A stretch of DNA of 64,000 bases from assembly GCA_963721485.1 (NCBI GenBank), contig CAVRJV010000014.1, forward strand, positions 72,443 to 136,442. The letters are read 5' to 3'. The DNA is from an uncultured delta proteobacterium (GTDB taxonomy: Bacteria > Desulfobacterota > Binatia > Binatales > Binataceae). How positions within the stretch are numbered: the first letter of the stretch is position 1; each line of letters begins with the position of its first letter. The notes below the pieces were generated by a model. The model was given only the letters and a program-made list of their open reading frames with translations, had not been told where the DNA came from and ran no database searches. The position numbers and the translations under genes were made by a program. Positions 46,287-57,725 of this stretch are shown piece after piece.

Positions 46287-47646
46287 TCAGTGACCCTCTC
46301 GTTCGAGCGCCTGCGGCGCCAGCATCGAGGTGTCTACCGTGCCCATATCGATATACCAGCATTCGCGGTCAGGCGCGGTCGCGCCGGGCATATAGACGAC
46401 TGAGCTGGCGCCGGTCTGCAAATCTTCGTCCACCAGGCCCAACTGGAACATCCGCTTGTACGGATAGATTGCGACTCTGGCGTCGGGCACCGGCCGGTCT
46501 CGATAAGTGTTGAAGGTCGCGAGCGTCTTCCACAACTTGCCGTCGCGATCGTACTGGTCTGACGCCGTGATGAACCATCCTTCGGAATCGATGTAGAGGA
46601 TTCGCTTGGGGATCGTGAGATCGCGTCCCGGCTTCGCCACTGCTTCGATCACATACAGATGGCGCATCTCCCAATTTTCCGGGCAAATCGATCTGCCGCC
46701 ATCGTACGGGCATTGCGCCTCCGGCGAATGTTCTGCATTCACCGACGCGAGCATGTCCTTCTCGCCCAGGAACCGGTAGGTGAAATCTTCGATCTTCGCC
46801 GAGAACCCGAAATACGAATCCGGATCGAGTGTGTTGGCGTAGGGGCGGTGCCGCCGCCTCCTCCTGCACCGCCGCCGCCGTAAGCGCCACCTCCGCCGCC
46901 GCCGAATCCCGGCAGCGCCCCGATACTGTCCGCGAGCACGTCCGCCGATTCACGACGCAGCTTGCGCGTCTGCGGATTGTACACCCAGACATTGTCTTCG
47001 ACTTTTGGATCGATATACCGCTGGCGCACCATCCCGTAGCCGCGCAGCGACGATCGGCTCGAGGAACGGAAAGAAGCCGAAGCGGTATCGAATGCCGCTG
47101 GCGACGCCATCGGGATCGGTCGGTATCGGCGGCACTTCGATCCGGCCGATATTGTTGTAGAACGCGAAGTGCCCGACCGTGTAGTAGCTCAGCGGCGATG
47201 CCGGTGGCGTTGCTTGTCGAAGGTGGCAACCTCCGGAAAGCGCATGTCGATATCGTCGCTGTAGAGCGGCCGGTAAGCTGTAATTCCACATCACCTTGGT
47301 CGCCATTTGCGGATCGTTCGGATCGAGCAGCGGAAACGGCTGTCCGGCGACGTAACCCTTGAGCGTCGCCGTCGGGCAGTGAGCTGGACTTGTGGCGAGT
47401 ACTTCTCGGTCGCGGATCTTGAACGGCGGCGGCCAATCGAGCTGGTCGGTCGGCACGATCCGTCAGCTGCATGCCCCCGCTGCACCAAGATGTAGTTGCC
47501 GGGGCTCAGCAGCTCGGCCACTTTGTATGCATTGTCCGTGGTGATCACATCGCCGGGTTTGACTGCGGCTGCGCGGGCGTCAACGCGAACATCATCGTCG
47601 CCAACAAGGTTCCAGCCAACAATTCGAAGCGATAGACGCGTCGCAT
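46287..47646 (-). CDS. DUF1329 family (outer-membrane lipoprotein-sorting-like) protein (frameshifted)
   Basis: KPGDVIT, GQPFP..DPNDPQ.ATKVMWN, WVYNPQTRKLRR, KRILYIDSE, YDRDGKLWK. Confidence 0.8.
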
Positions 47647-47733
47647 GGGCCCTCCTTACGTGCGTGCAGCGCCGGCTCGGCGCGTTGGCGGATCATCTTA
47701 CAGCAGTCAGGCTCGCATCGAAAATGTCCTGAC

Positions 47734-47763
47734 TTGATCGTTCGCAGCCGCGCTCCCTATGAT
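47734..47763 (+). promoter_or_regulatory. Putative sigma70 promoter
   Basis: TTGATC-N18-TATGAT upstream of ATG 47793. Confidence 0.4.
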
Positions 47764-47792
47764 GTCAGCAGACGGCGTCGAGGTCAGTTGCC

Positions 47793-48240
47793 ATGAAAAA
47801 AATTATTTTCACGCTCGCCATGTTCGCGATCGCGCTTTCGGCGGTCGTATTCATCGCCTCCCGGGGAGGCGCGCAGATGCGCGGGATGATGATCCCGCTG
47901 ACCACCACGATGGTCATCACCAAGCCCGCGCCCGGGACAAATTTTCGGCAACCAGCAGGTGGTCACGATGGGCGTGAGCGGCAAGATTTACAAATTCGTG
48001 CTGAACGACGCCTACGTCGACGACCCTCGCGGCATAATCCATTGGCCCGACGTTTGGCAGTTGGTCCGCCAGTACCGGCCCAACTTCAACGTCACCGGCA
48101 TCGACGAAGATACCTTCGCCAAGATGGAGCCCGGGCAGACGCTGACCGTGCGCGGCATGTTCTCGCCCAACAACCAGACCTACGAAGTGATGGGCACGGA
48201 GCCCGGCGGCGGCAACTTCGCCCCCGCCCAGCACTACTAG
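47793..48240 (+). CDS. Hypothetical secreted protein (frameshift ~47945)
   Basis: Signal peptide MKKIIFTLAMF...; continues in ORF 47959..48240. Confidence 0.7.
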
Positions 48241-48266
48241 GGGATGGCCCCGGAAGAACGTAATCG

Positions 48267-48368
48267 AATGTGAAACCCGCCGTGGGTTTCAGGCTTCCCA
48301 GGGCAGGGGTGACCCCTGCACCCGGTATTAGAAAGAAAGGATGCGGGACCTCGTCCCTGTTAGGAAGT
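48267..48368. repeat. Dispersed ~100-bp multi-hairpin intergenic element, copy 2
   Basis: Aligns with 9321-9418; all stems conserved. Confidence 0.9.
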
Positions 48369-48446
48369 TAGTTCGGGGGAGGGATTTCCTACACGTCCGT
48401 TTCGGGAAGGGGTTCGGGGTTAGGTTGCCGGGCATCGCTTCACGAT

Positions 48447-48907
48447 CTAACTCCCCATAATCGCCGCCAGCTTGCTCTCCCGATACGCGAAAATCTGCGC
48501 GAGGCTTCGCGCTGACGAAAAAGTGATACGCGATTTCGCCGAGCGGTCCGAGCGGCATCGCATACTCGACGCGATCCTTCATCTCGGTTGCGCCGCTGCC
48601 GATGTCCTTGAAGCTGTGGCTATGACGCCATAGTGCGTACGGCCCTTTCTCCTGCACGTCGACAAACTTGTTCGGCGCGTCGACCACTTCAATCCGCGTC
48701 CGCCAACGCACCGGCACGCCATACAGCCGAATCTGGTAGTCGATAACCGGTGCCGGGATGAACCGCCTCGGGCGGCGGCGAGAGAAATTTGAAATTGAGA
48801 AACGCCGGCGTGAGCCACTGGAGATTGCGCGGATCGGAGAAAAATCTGAAGGTCTCGCCGAGTGGGCGCGGCACGATCTGAGTACGTTCCAGGACGCGGA
48901 CTTTCAT
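48447..48907 (-). CDS. SRPBCC family protein (frameshifted)
   Basis: FFSDPRNLQWLTP, FVDVQEKGPYALWRHSHSF, MKDRVEY.MPLGPLG. Confidence 0.85.
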
Positions 48908-49045
48908 GCAGTCGAGCGTATGGGATTCGCGATGGCGAGAACGCTTCGGTCATGCGCGAAAGGCGTACAAGTTGTGCGGCTATCCGCCCGTAGTGTAGCT
49001 TTGAAGGCTCGAATCACAGGGAAAAAGCGGCTAAAAATCGGGTAA

Positions 49046-50747
49046 ATGAAAAAACTTACAGGAGCACAAATCGTTATCGAGAGCCTGATCGCCGAAGGCG
49101 TCGATGTAATCTTCGGCTATCCCGGCGGCGCGATCCTGCCCACTTACGACGCGCTGCTCGACTCGAAAATCAAGCACGTTCTCGTCCGCCACGAGCAAGG
49201 CGCGACTCACATGGCTGAGGGCTATGCGCGCGTCAGCGGACGCCCCGGCGTCGTGCTCGTAACCTCGGGCCCCGGCGCGACCAACACCGTCACCGGCATC
49301 GCCGACGCCTACATGGATTCGACTCCGATGGTGGTGCTGTCCGGCCAGGTTCCGACCACGATGATCGGCAACGACGCTTTCCAGGAAGCGGATTTCGTCG
49401 GCATCACGCGTCCATGCACCAAGCACAATTTTCTCGTCAAGAACGTCAAGGATATTTCGCGCATCATCAAGGAAGCGTTTTACATCGCCGGCAGCGGGCG
49501 CCCCGGTCCGGTCGTCGTCGATTTGCCCAAAGACGTGCAGCAGGCCGAGCACGCTTTCCATCCTGTCCGAGAAAGTCGAACTGCGCGGCTACAAGCCGAC
49601 GATTCGCGGTAATCCGCGTCAAATCGAGCGCGCCATCGAGGCGATCGAGAAAAGCTCGACGCCGCTGTTCTACGTCGGCGGCGGCGTGCAATGGTCCGGC
49701 GCGGCGGCGGAGTTGCGCGAGCTGGTCAAAGGACTGGGCATTCCGGTTACCGAAACCCTGATGGGACTCGGATCGTTCCCGGCCTCCGACTCGCTGCGGC
49801 TCGGGATGCTCGGGATGCACGGTTCGTACGGCACCAACACGGCGGTCTGCAACACCGACTGCCTGATCGCAGTCGGCGCGCGCTTCGACGATCGCGTCAC
49901 CGGCAAGATTTCCGAGTTCGCGCCGAAGGCCGAAACGATTATCCACATCGACATCGACCCGTCGTCCATTTCGAAAAACGTCAAGGTCGACATTCCGATC
50001 GTCGGCGACATCAAGTCGGTGCTCACCGACATGCTGACTCAGATCAAGGGCCGCGAGAGTATCGCGCAAGCGCCACGCCGACTGGGCGAAATGGCATCAG
50101 CAGATCCTCCAGTGGCAGAAGGAGAAGCCGCTCTACGAGAACAATCATCGCGGCGAGAGCGTCTCTCCGCTCGACGTGATCTGCCGAGCTGCACAACATC
50201 ACGAAGGGCGACTGCATCATCGCGACAGACGTCGGCCAGCATCAGATGTGGATGGCGCAGATGTTCCCGTTCGAGCATCCGCGCTCGTGGCTGACCTCGG
50301 GCGGACTGGGCACGATGGGCTACGGATTGCCCGCCGGAATCGGCGCGACTTTCGCGGCCCCCGACAAGAAAGTCGTGGTGATTTCGCGGCGACGGCTCGA
50401 TCCAGATGAACATCCAGGAACTCGGCACCGCCGTGCAGTACAACGTCGATATCAAAGTGATCATTCTGAACAACTACTTCCTCGGGATGGTTCGGCAGTG
50501 GCAGGAGAAGTTCTATGCCGAGCGGTATTCGTACTCGGCGATGTCGGTGCCGAACTTCGTCAAGCTCGCTGACGCATACGGCGCGCGCGGCTTCCGAATC
50601 GAGAAAGCGAAAGACATGGTCGCGACGATGAAGGAAGCATTCGCCACGCCCGGCCCGGTGTTGATCGACGTAGTGATCCCGAAGGAAGAAGCCGTGATGC
50701 CGATGATTCCGCCCGGCGGCGCAATGTCCGAAATGCTGTTCGCCTGA
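49046..50747 (+). CDS. ilvB: Acetolactate synthase large subunit (frameshifted)
   Basis: [62 protein letters not shown]. Confidence 0.95.
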
Positions 50748-50810
50748 GAAAAAAATCAGGAGCAGAAGCAGAATCCTGAATCGCGCGCAGGATAGCGCGC
50801 TGTATCAGGA

Positions 50811-50847
50811 CCCTCACCTTAATCCTCTCCCTCACAGGGAGAGGGGA
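50811..50847. repeat. CCCTCACC...CCTCTCCC/GGGAGAGG palindromic intergenic repeat
   Basis: Hairpin CCTCTCCCT-cac-AGGGAGAGG; related motifs at ~13000 and ~48403-48426. Confidence 0.55.
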
Positions 50848-50863
50848 AACGGAGGTGCATCAC

Positions 50864-51407
50864 ATGGCGGCGCGCGTACCCTATCTGAATCGCGAGGACC
50901 TGCCGGAAGCGACCGCGTCATCTTCGACAATCTCGCTGCCGAGCGCGGCGGCACCGTCGGCAACATCTTCAAAGCGCTCGCGCATACTCCAAACTTGCTG
51001 CGCCGCTTCTGCCAGATGGGCAGCGAGCTGCGCAACAAGACCGCGCTCGATCCGAAACTCCGCGAGCTCGCCATCTGCACCGTCGGCCGGCTAACCGATG
51101 CGCAATACGAGTTCGTGCATCACTGGAATATCGCGCGCCGCGTTGGCGTCTCGCGCGAACAACTCGAGGCGCTCGCCGACTGGGAAAATCGCCAGCGTTC
51201 AACGATCACGAGCGCGTCGTGATCCGCTACGCCGTCGAGGCAACCAACAACATCCGCGTGACCGACGCAACCTGGAACGCGCTGAAGGCATTCCTCGACA
51301 CACGCCGCCTGATGGAACTGGTGCAGAACGTCGCGTTCTACAACATGGTCGTCCGCGTGCTGGTGCCGGTCGGCGTGGAGCTGGAACCGGGCACGACGAA
51401 GCAGTAA
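50864..51407 (+). CDS. Carboxymuconolactone decarboxylase/AhpD-like family protein (frameshifted)
   Basis: LDPKLRELAICTVGR...YEFVHH...GVSREQL; VAFYNMVVR. Confidence 0.8.
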
Positions 51408-51416
51408 ATCCTCGAC

Positions 51417-52082
51417 ATGATCAAGGCGTTCAACTTCTTCAAGCGCAAGCCCGGCCTGAGCGTTGCGGACTTTCGCAAGTACTGGCTGAACGAGCACGCC
51501 GAGATAATCCGTGCGATCCCGGAGCTGCGAAAATACATCGCGTCGATCACGCTGCCATCGGCATATAAGAATCGCGAGCCACTGTATGACGGCATCTCCG
51601 AGGCATGGTTCGACGACGAAGCCACGCTTCGTGGCGCCGCAGATTCAGCGCCCCGACGCGCTGCATCTGTCGACGATGCACAGTTTGTCGACATGTCGAC
51701 GACCGGCTCGATTATCGTCGATGAGATCAGACAGAAAGAGGGCGCGCTGCCCGACGGCGCTGTGAAGGTGCTCTCGATGCTGACGCGCAAGCCCGGCAGC
51801 GACGTGGCGACATTCCAGTCATACTGGCGAACGCATCACGGCGCGCTGGCCGCGAAGATCCCGCAGGCGCGGCGCTACATCCAATGCCACGTTCGGCCGT
51901 CCGCGTACGCCGACGGGCGCGCGCCGCGCTACGACGGCGTCGCCGAGATGTGGTTCGACAGCTTCGACGCGGTTCGCGACTCCGGCAGCACCGACGAGTA
52001 TCGCGCAGTGCGCCTCGACGAGCCGAAATTCCTCGCGCTGCCATTCCCGTTCATAATCGCCTCGGAACACCGAATCGTGTGA
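51417..52082 (+). CDS. Tandem EthD-domain protein
   Basis: Two repeats of KRKPG...F..YW...H...YDG(I/V).E.WFD. Confidence 0.88.
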   Translation: MIKAFNFFKRKPGLSVADFRKYWLNEHAEIIRAIPELRKYIASITLPSAYKNREPLYDGISEAWFDDEATLRGAADSAPRRAASVDDAQFVDMSTTGSIIVDEIRQKEGALPDGAVKVLSMLTRKPGSDVATFQSYWRTHHGALAAKIPQARRYIQCHVRPSAYADGRAPRYDGVAEMWFDSFDAVRDSGSTDEYRAVRLDEPKFLALPFPFIIASEHRIV

Positions 52083-52444
52083 CGCATCCGCATCCAGACT
52101 TTTACGAACAGGGCATCGACCTCTTCAACGAGGGACGCTTCTTCGAATGCCACGAGGCGTGGGAAGAAATCTGGAAGCGCTCCGACGGCGAAGTGAAACT
52201 CTTCTACCAGGGATTGATCCAGGCCGCCGTCGCGATCCTGCACGCGCAGCGCGGCAATCTCGAAGGCGCGCGCTCGCTGTACGAGAAGGCGAAGGCCAAA
52301 CTCGATCCGATTCCGCTCGAGCACATGGGCCTCGCAATCGGCGAGCTGCGCATCGAGCTGAGTCGATTTATCGAAGCCGCAATCCGCGCTGATTGCGGCT
52401 TGCTCCCCCGACCTCCTCGCCTGCGACGAGTGCTGAAATCATGA
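52079..52444 (+). CDS. DUF309 domain protein
   Basis: GIDLFNEGRFFECHEAWEEIW...FYQGLIQAAVA..H. Confidence 0.88.
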   Translation: MTHPHPDFYEQGIDLFNEGRFFECHEAWEEIWKRSDGEVKLFYQGLIQAAVAILHAQRGNLEGARSLYEKAKAKLDPIPLEHMGLAIGELRIELSRFIEAAIRADCGLLPRPPRLRRVLKS

Positions 52445-53437
52445 CCAGACGACGATTCCTTGCGATGGTGGCGCGTGCGGGTGCGGTCATCTCGATGACG
52501 GCGGGCAAAGCTTTCGCGTCGATCGCGCGGTCGGGTGGGATGCAGTATCGGACGCTGGGGCGCACGGGTGCGAAGGTCTCGCTCATCGGGATCGGCGGTT
52601 ACCATATCGGGCAGCCGAAGGATCCCGCGCGACGGTATCGCGATTATCCGCAGCGCGATCGACAACGGCGTTACCTTCATGGACAACTCGTGGGACTACC
52701 ATCTCGGCGAGAGCGAAATCCGGATGGGCAATGCGCTGCGCGACGGCTACCGGCAGAAAGTCTTCCTGATGACCAAGGTCGACGGGCGCACGCGCTGGAC
52801 GGTCGATTGGCAGCTCGACGAGTCGTTGAAGCGTTTGCAGACCGATCACGTCGACTTGCTGCAGATTCATGAAGTGATCCGCGACAACGATCCCGATCGG
52901 GTCTTCGGCAAGGACGGTGCAATCGAAGCGCTGATCGCCGCGAAGAAGGCCGGCAAGATTCGCTTTTTCGGATTCACGGGGCATAAGACTCCGGCGATGC
53001 TGCTCAAGATGATCCGGCTCGCCGACCAATACGGCGTCACCTTCGACACGGTGCAGATGCCGCTCAACGTGATGGACGCGCACTACGACAGCTTCCAGCA
53101 TCAGGTGCTGCCGGTCGCGCTCGCGAAGAACATGGGCGTGATCGCGATGAAGTGCTTCGGCGACAATTTCATCATGCAGAGTAAAACCGTCACGCCGATC
53201 GAGGCGCTCCATTACACGATGAACCTGCCGATCAGCACGCTGGTCGTCGGATGCGAATGGATTGGGTACGTTCAGCAGGCGGTAGACGCGGTGCGGACGT
53301 TTCGGCCGCTTACGGAAGCGCAGGTGGCGGCGATCCTCGCGAAGACTGCGGAGGCAGCGAAGGGCGGGCAGTTCGAATATTACAAGACGCGCGACACATT
53401 TGACGGAACCTCGAGAAATCTCAAGTGGCTAGGGTGA
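52441..53437 (+). CDS. Aldo/keto reductase with Tat signal (frameshift ~52625)
   Basis: MTRRRFL Tat motif; YRTLGRTG, DNSWDY, MTK, SLKRLQTDHVDL.QIH. Confidence 0.88.
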
Positions 53438-55263
53438 ATGTCGAATAGTCAATGAGCTATTGGCGCGCGGCGGAAATGATATCGGTATGAGTTTGGGGCG
53501 ACTGACTATTGGCGCGGCCGCGGGAGTCGTACCTTTGAAGGCGGCTTGCAGCGCGTAGTATCCCGCGCGTGGCGTCAGCACGTCGGCGCCGCCATTCAGC
53601 GTTCCCGGTCCGTGATCGGCGGCGAGGAGCACGGGAGAATCCGGACGACGCTGAGCGCTCGTAGCGACTGACATCAGCCCGAACCATTCCTCATCCCAGT
53701 AGGACGCGAAGCCGCGGCCGGGCTCGCCGAACGGAAACTTGCTTCTCTCTATCGTCGTGTCATGCGACGACCAGGTCTCAGGCCGGCGCTGAGCTTCCTT
53801 CCACCATTCGTCCTGGAACTCGAAAATGTATCCGCCCGACAGAATGCCGCCGCGCGCCGTCGAGAGCGTCGATTGAGGTCCGTAGATATCGGATGCGATC
53901 TGTTGAATCAGCCTGGCCGTGCGATATCCCGGCGCGCCATGGAATTCACCTGCGGCAGAAGGGCTCACGCTCACCCAATCCGGATTCGGCGGCGGCGGCG
54001 GCTGTCCGTCGCGAGTGCGGATCGAAGCGGGCGCGCCCCACTCAGTCAGAACGATAGGCTTGGGAACAGGATTGGGCGGCTCGGTGCCCATCGCGCTGCC
54101 GTTGGTGTAGTGGCCGTCAACGATCCAGCGTTTGAAGTTTGCGACGTCTTCGGTTTCGGGCCTGCGATATGCGTTGAAACCCCAGACGTCGAGTGCGTAG
54201 ATATCGGCGGGATACGCTCGTCGCCGATTCGCCGAGTTGCAATCGGGCCCGGGGTTGGCGCCGTTCAGATCGACGCACACCGGAATCGTGCGGCCGCCGG
54301 GATGCGCGTTGGCGGCGTCTTTGAAAGTGACTAGTGACTTCAGCAGCATCGGCGCTTCGGGCGGTGGATAGTCGGCGAACGCCGTCATTGTGAGTTTGTC
54401 CGGTGCGTAATGCTTCGCGATGCCGCCGAGCCGGTTGAGATATTGCCAATAGTCAATGTACCGGTCGGTGCCGCGCGCGAGCGGCAAGTTGGTCTCGTTG
54501 CCAATAGCAAATCCAAGCACCGCGGGATGATAGCCATAGCGCTGCGCGAGCCACTGAGTAGTGCGCTCGATATACATTCGCTCGTCGTGCTCCAACGCGG
54601 AGTCGGGATTAGTGCCCGAAAACGCAAACCACGGATCAACAGAAATTCCGATCACTACGTAAATCGGGTTGACGCCATGGTTCCAGCACAGGTCCAGGAA
54701 TTGATCGCCGCCATCGTGCGCCGGCCATTCGGCGAAGCCCGCGGGCGCCGCAGTCGCGCCGAAGCGAACTCGCGGGCCTACGCTCCAATCGAGCGTCCTC
54801 CATTTCGACATTTCGGCGGGCGTCATCGGAACCCATTTCCACCATGCGTAAGTGCGGATACTGTTGGCGCCGAGTTGACGGACGAGCCCGTCGGGGAAAC
54901 TGACGCCAGTCGCGCGGTCGTTGTAGGTCGCGCCCCACAGATCTCGCATCCAGATTGGCGCGTAGGTCAGATGAGCGGGATCCCCCCAGAAATAATCCGA
55001 ACCGGGAATGGTCGACGCGGCGTCATTGATCGGGCGCGGCGAGTAGTCGACGCCTTTGATGACGAACGGGACGGGCGCGCCACCGTTCAGCGACAGCAGG
55101 ATCGTCTTATGATCGTTCGCGACGGACCATCGGATGGTCGAGGAATCGGGCGGTAATAAGCGTCGTCGAGGACGCGTCGCCGACGTTCAACACGATCGCG
55201 ATCGCAAGAGTGACGGCGAATGCAAGCGCGCGCGCGTACCTGCGGCCGGCCTCGACGGCCCAT
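53429..55263 (-). CDS. Secreted clan GH-A-like TIM-barrel glycoside hydrolase (5' frameshifts)
   Basis: FVIKGVDYSP, GANSIRTY, IGNE (acid/base), LTEWG (nucleophile), FEFQDEWWK, DEEWFGL. Confidence 0.75.
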
Positions 55264-55449
55264 GACTGAATCAACTTGATGCGTTCCCCCGCTCAGGCAA
55301 AGAAGCAAGCGGTATACCCCGATTCGGCGCGCGTTTTCAACGCATCGCTGGAAGGATTCGCGCAATCGCGCCCGGGTGCTGCCATCAGGAGCAGCATCTG
55401 CGGGTTGAATGATCGAGTTTCGGCGCGGATGCAGGCTTTCAGGCGCGGA

Positions 55450-55911
55450 CTAGAACGGGATGTCTTCGTCGTCCATCGGCGCGACGTCGTCGCCACCGCC
55501 ACCGCCTGCGCTTGCCGGGACGCGACCTCTGCCGCCGCCGAAACCTCGGCGTCATCGCCTGCTGGCGCGCCGCCGCGTGAGCTCAGGAACTGCACGCGCA
55601 TCGCGACAATGTCAGTGGCTTTGCGCTTGCCGCTGCCGTCTTTGGCTTCGTATTCCCGGTAAGAAATTCGCCCTTCGATATAGACCGAGCTGCCTTTCTT
55701 CAAGTACTGAGCGCAAGCCTCGCCTTGTTTGCCCCACACAGTGATATTGTGCCACTCGGTGCGTTCCTGCCGCGTGCCGCCCTTGTCGGCGAACTGACTC
55801 CGTGGTCGCAATTGAAAAGCTCGTCACCGACGAGCCCGAATTGGTGAAGCGAGTTTCGGGATCGCGACCGAGATTGCCGATGAGAATTACCTTGTTTACC
55901 GACGCCGCCAT
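55450..55911 (-). CDS. ssb: Single-stranded DNA-binding protein (frameshifted)
   Basis: [25 protein letters not shown], Gly-rich linker, DEDIPF tail. Confidence 0.95.
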
Positions 55912-56064
55912 CTTCTCCACCTCATGTCCGAAAAGTAGCCCCGCCCCGTTCGCAAGGCAAGCCGGCGCGCCAGTCGTTGCATAGCGGCTTTCGCAGCCGA
56001 TCTGTGACCGATATAATTCGCGTCGGTGCGGAGGCAGGATAGGGCGATGGCGGCAGGCACTTCC

Positions 56065-57719
56065 ATGACCGCTCCGGTACGAATCGTGGCCCTTGGCGGG
56101 CTGGGCGAGATCGGCCTCAACTTGATGGCGATCGAATGCGCCGGGCGCGCGATCGTCATCGATTGCGGCGTGATGTTTCCCGACGAGCCCGCGCTCGGAC
56201 TGGGCACGTTCATCCCCGAGATGGCGTGGCTGGAGCGCAGCCACGTCGCGGTCGAGGCGGTAGTACTCACACACGCGCACGAGGATCACATCGGCGCGCT
56301 GCCGCATCTGCTGCGCCGCTTCAACGTTCCCGTCCACGGCACCGACATCACGCTCGCGTTCACGCGGCGGCGCCTCGCCGACGCAGAGTTCGACCTGCCG
56401 GTCGATCTGCGGACGATCAGCCGCGCCACGCTTTCGAGGCCGGGCCTTTCACTGTCGAGCCAATTCGCGTCACGCATTCGACGCCGAACTCGATCGCGCT
56501 CGCGATTCGCACGCCGGCGGGCATCATCGTTCATAGCGGCGATTTCAAGATCGACGACGCTCCGGTGGACGGCGAGCTGTTCGATCGTCAGCGCTTTGCC
56601 GAGCTTGGCGCGGAAGGCGTCGCCGTGCTGCTTTCCGATTCCACCAACGTAGAGCGTCCGGGCCGTTCGGGCTCCGAGAGTTCGCTTAAGCCGGTGCTGC
56701 GCGAACTCACATCGCGGGCGCGCGGCAGGTTTTTTCTGTCGGCGTTTTCATCGCATCTGCATCGCATTCGGCAGGTGGTCGAAGTCTCGCGCGAGTTCGG
56801 CCGCCGCGTCGTTCCGCTCGGACGCGCGATGGCGGAGAGCGTGCGCCTCGGTCTCGAAACCGGGCAGCTTCCGTTTGCGCAAGCGATGTTCGTCGAGCCG
56901 GACGAGGCCGAGTTCATCGACGGTCATCGGCTGAGCTACCTCACCAGCGGCAGCCAGGGCGAGCCGCTCTCGGCGCTGGCGAAACTCGCCAGCGACTCGC
57001 ATCCGCGCGTGCGGATCGAGCATGGCGACGTGGTCGTGCTCTCGTCGCGCTTCATTCCGGGCAACGAGCGCACCATCAACACTCTCGTCAATCGCCTGTA
57101 CCGGCAGGGCGCCGACGTGGTCTACGACGCGGTCGCGCCGGTGCACGTGTCGGGGCACGCGAGCCAGGACGAGCTGGCCGAGCTTGATCGCGCTGACGCG
57201 GCCGCGCCACTTCATTCCGATTCATGGCGAGTATCGTCATCTGAGCCGTCACGTCGCGCTCGCGATCGCCGCCGGAATTCCCGAGCACGACTGCTTCCTG
57301 CTCGAGGACGGCGATTCGCTGGTGCTGAGCGGCGGCGAGGCGCGTCGCGGACCGACGGTCGAGGCGGGCCGCGTGATGCTCGAAGGCGTCGATAGCGGCG
57401 ACCCCGCGGTGGTCGGCGAGCGCCGTGGTGCTCGCGCGCGACGGCACGGTGACAGCGGTGGTCGTGCTCTCGGCGAAAACCGGGCGCATCGTCGCGGGTC
57501 CCGATCTTCTTTCGCGAGGCCTCGTCAGCGGCGATGGAACCTCGGCGCACATGCGCCGCGCGAAGGAGGAAATGACGCGGCGGCTCGGCCGCGCTCGGCG
57601 GCTCGCTGCATGCCAACGATCCTCGCGTCAAGGAAGAAATCGTGCGCGCGATTCGGCGTTACTTCAGCGACGAGCTGGGCAAGCGGCCGCTGGTGATTCC
57701 GTACGTGACGGAGGTGTGA
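56065..57719 (+). CDS. rnj: Ribonuclease J (frameshifted)
   Basis: [51 protein letters not shown]. Confidence 0.93.
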
Positions 57720-57725
57720 ACCGCC

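Noticed and set aside
53395-55450. A third 3'-end-duplication islet around the GH gene (the AKR tail has atypical codons)
   Set aside because: By eye I found no duplicate of the AKR or ssb 3' end on the other side
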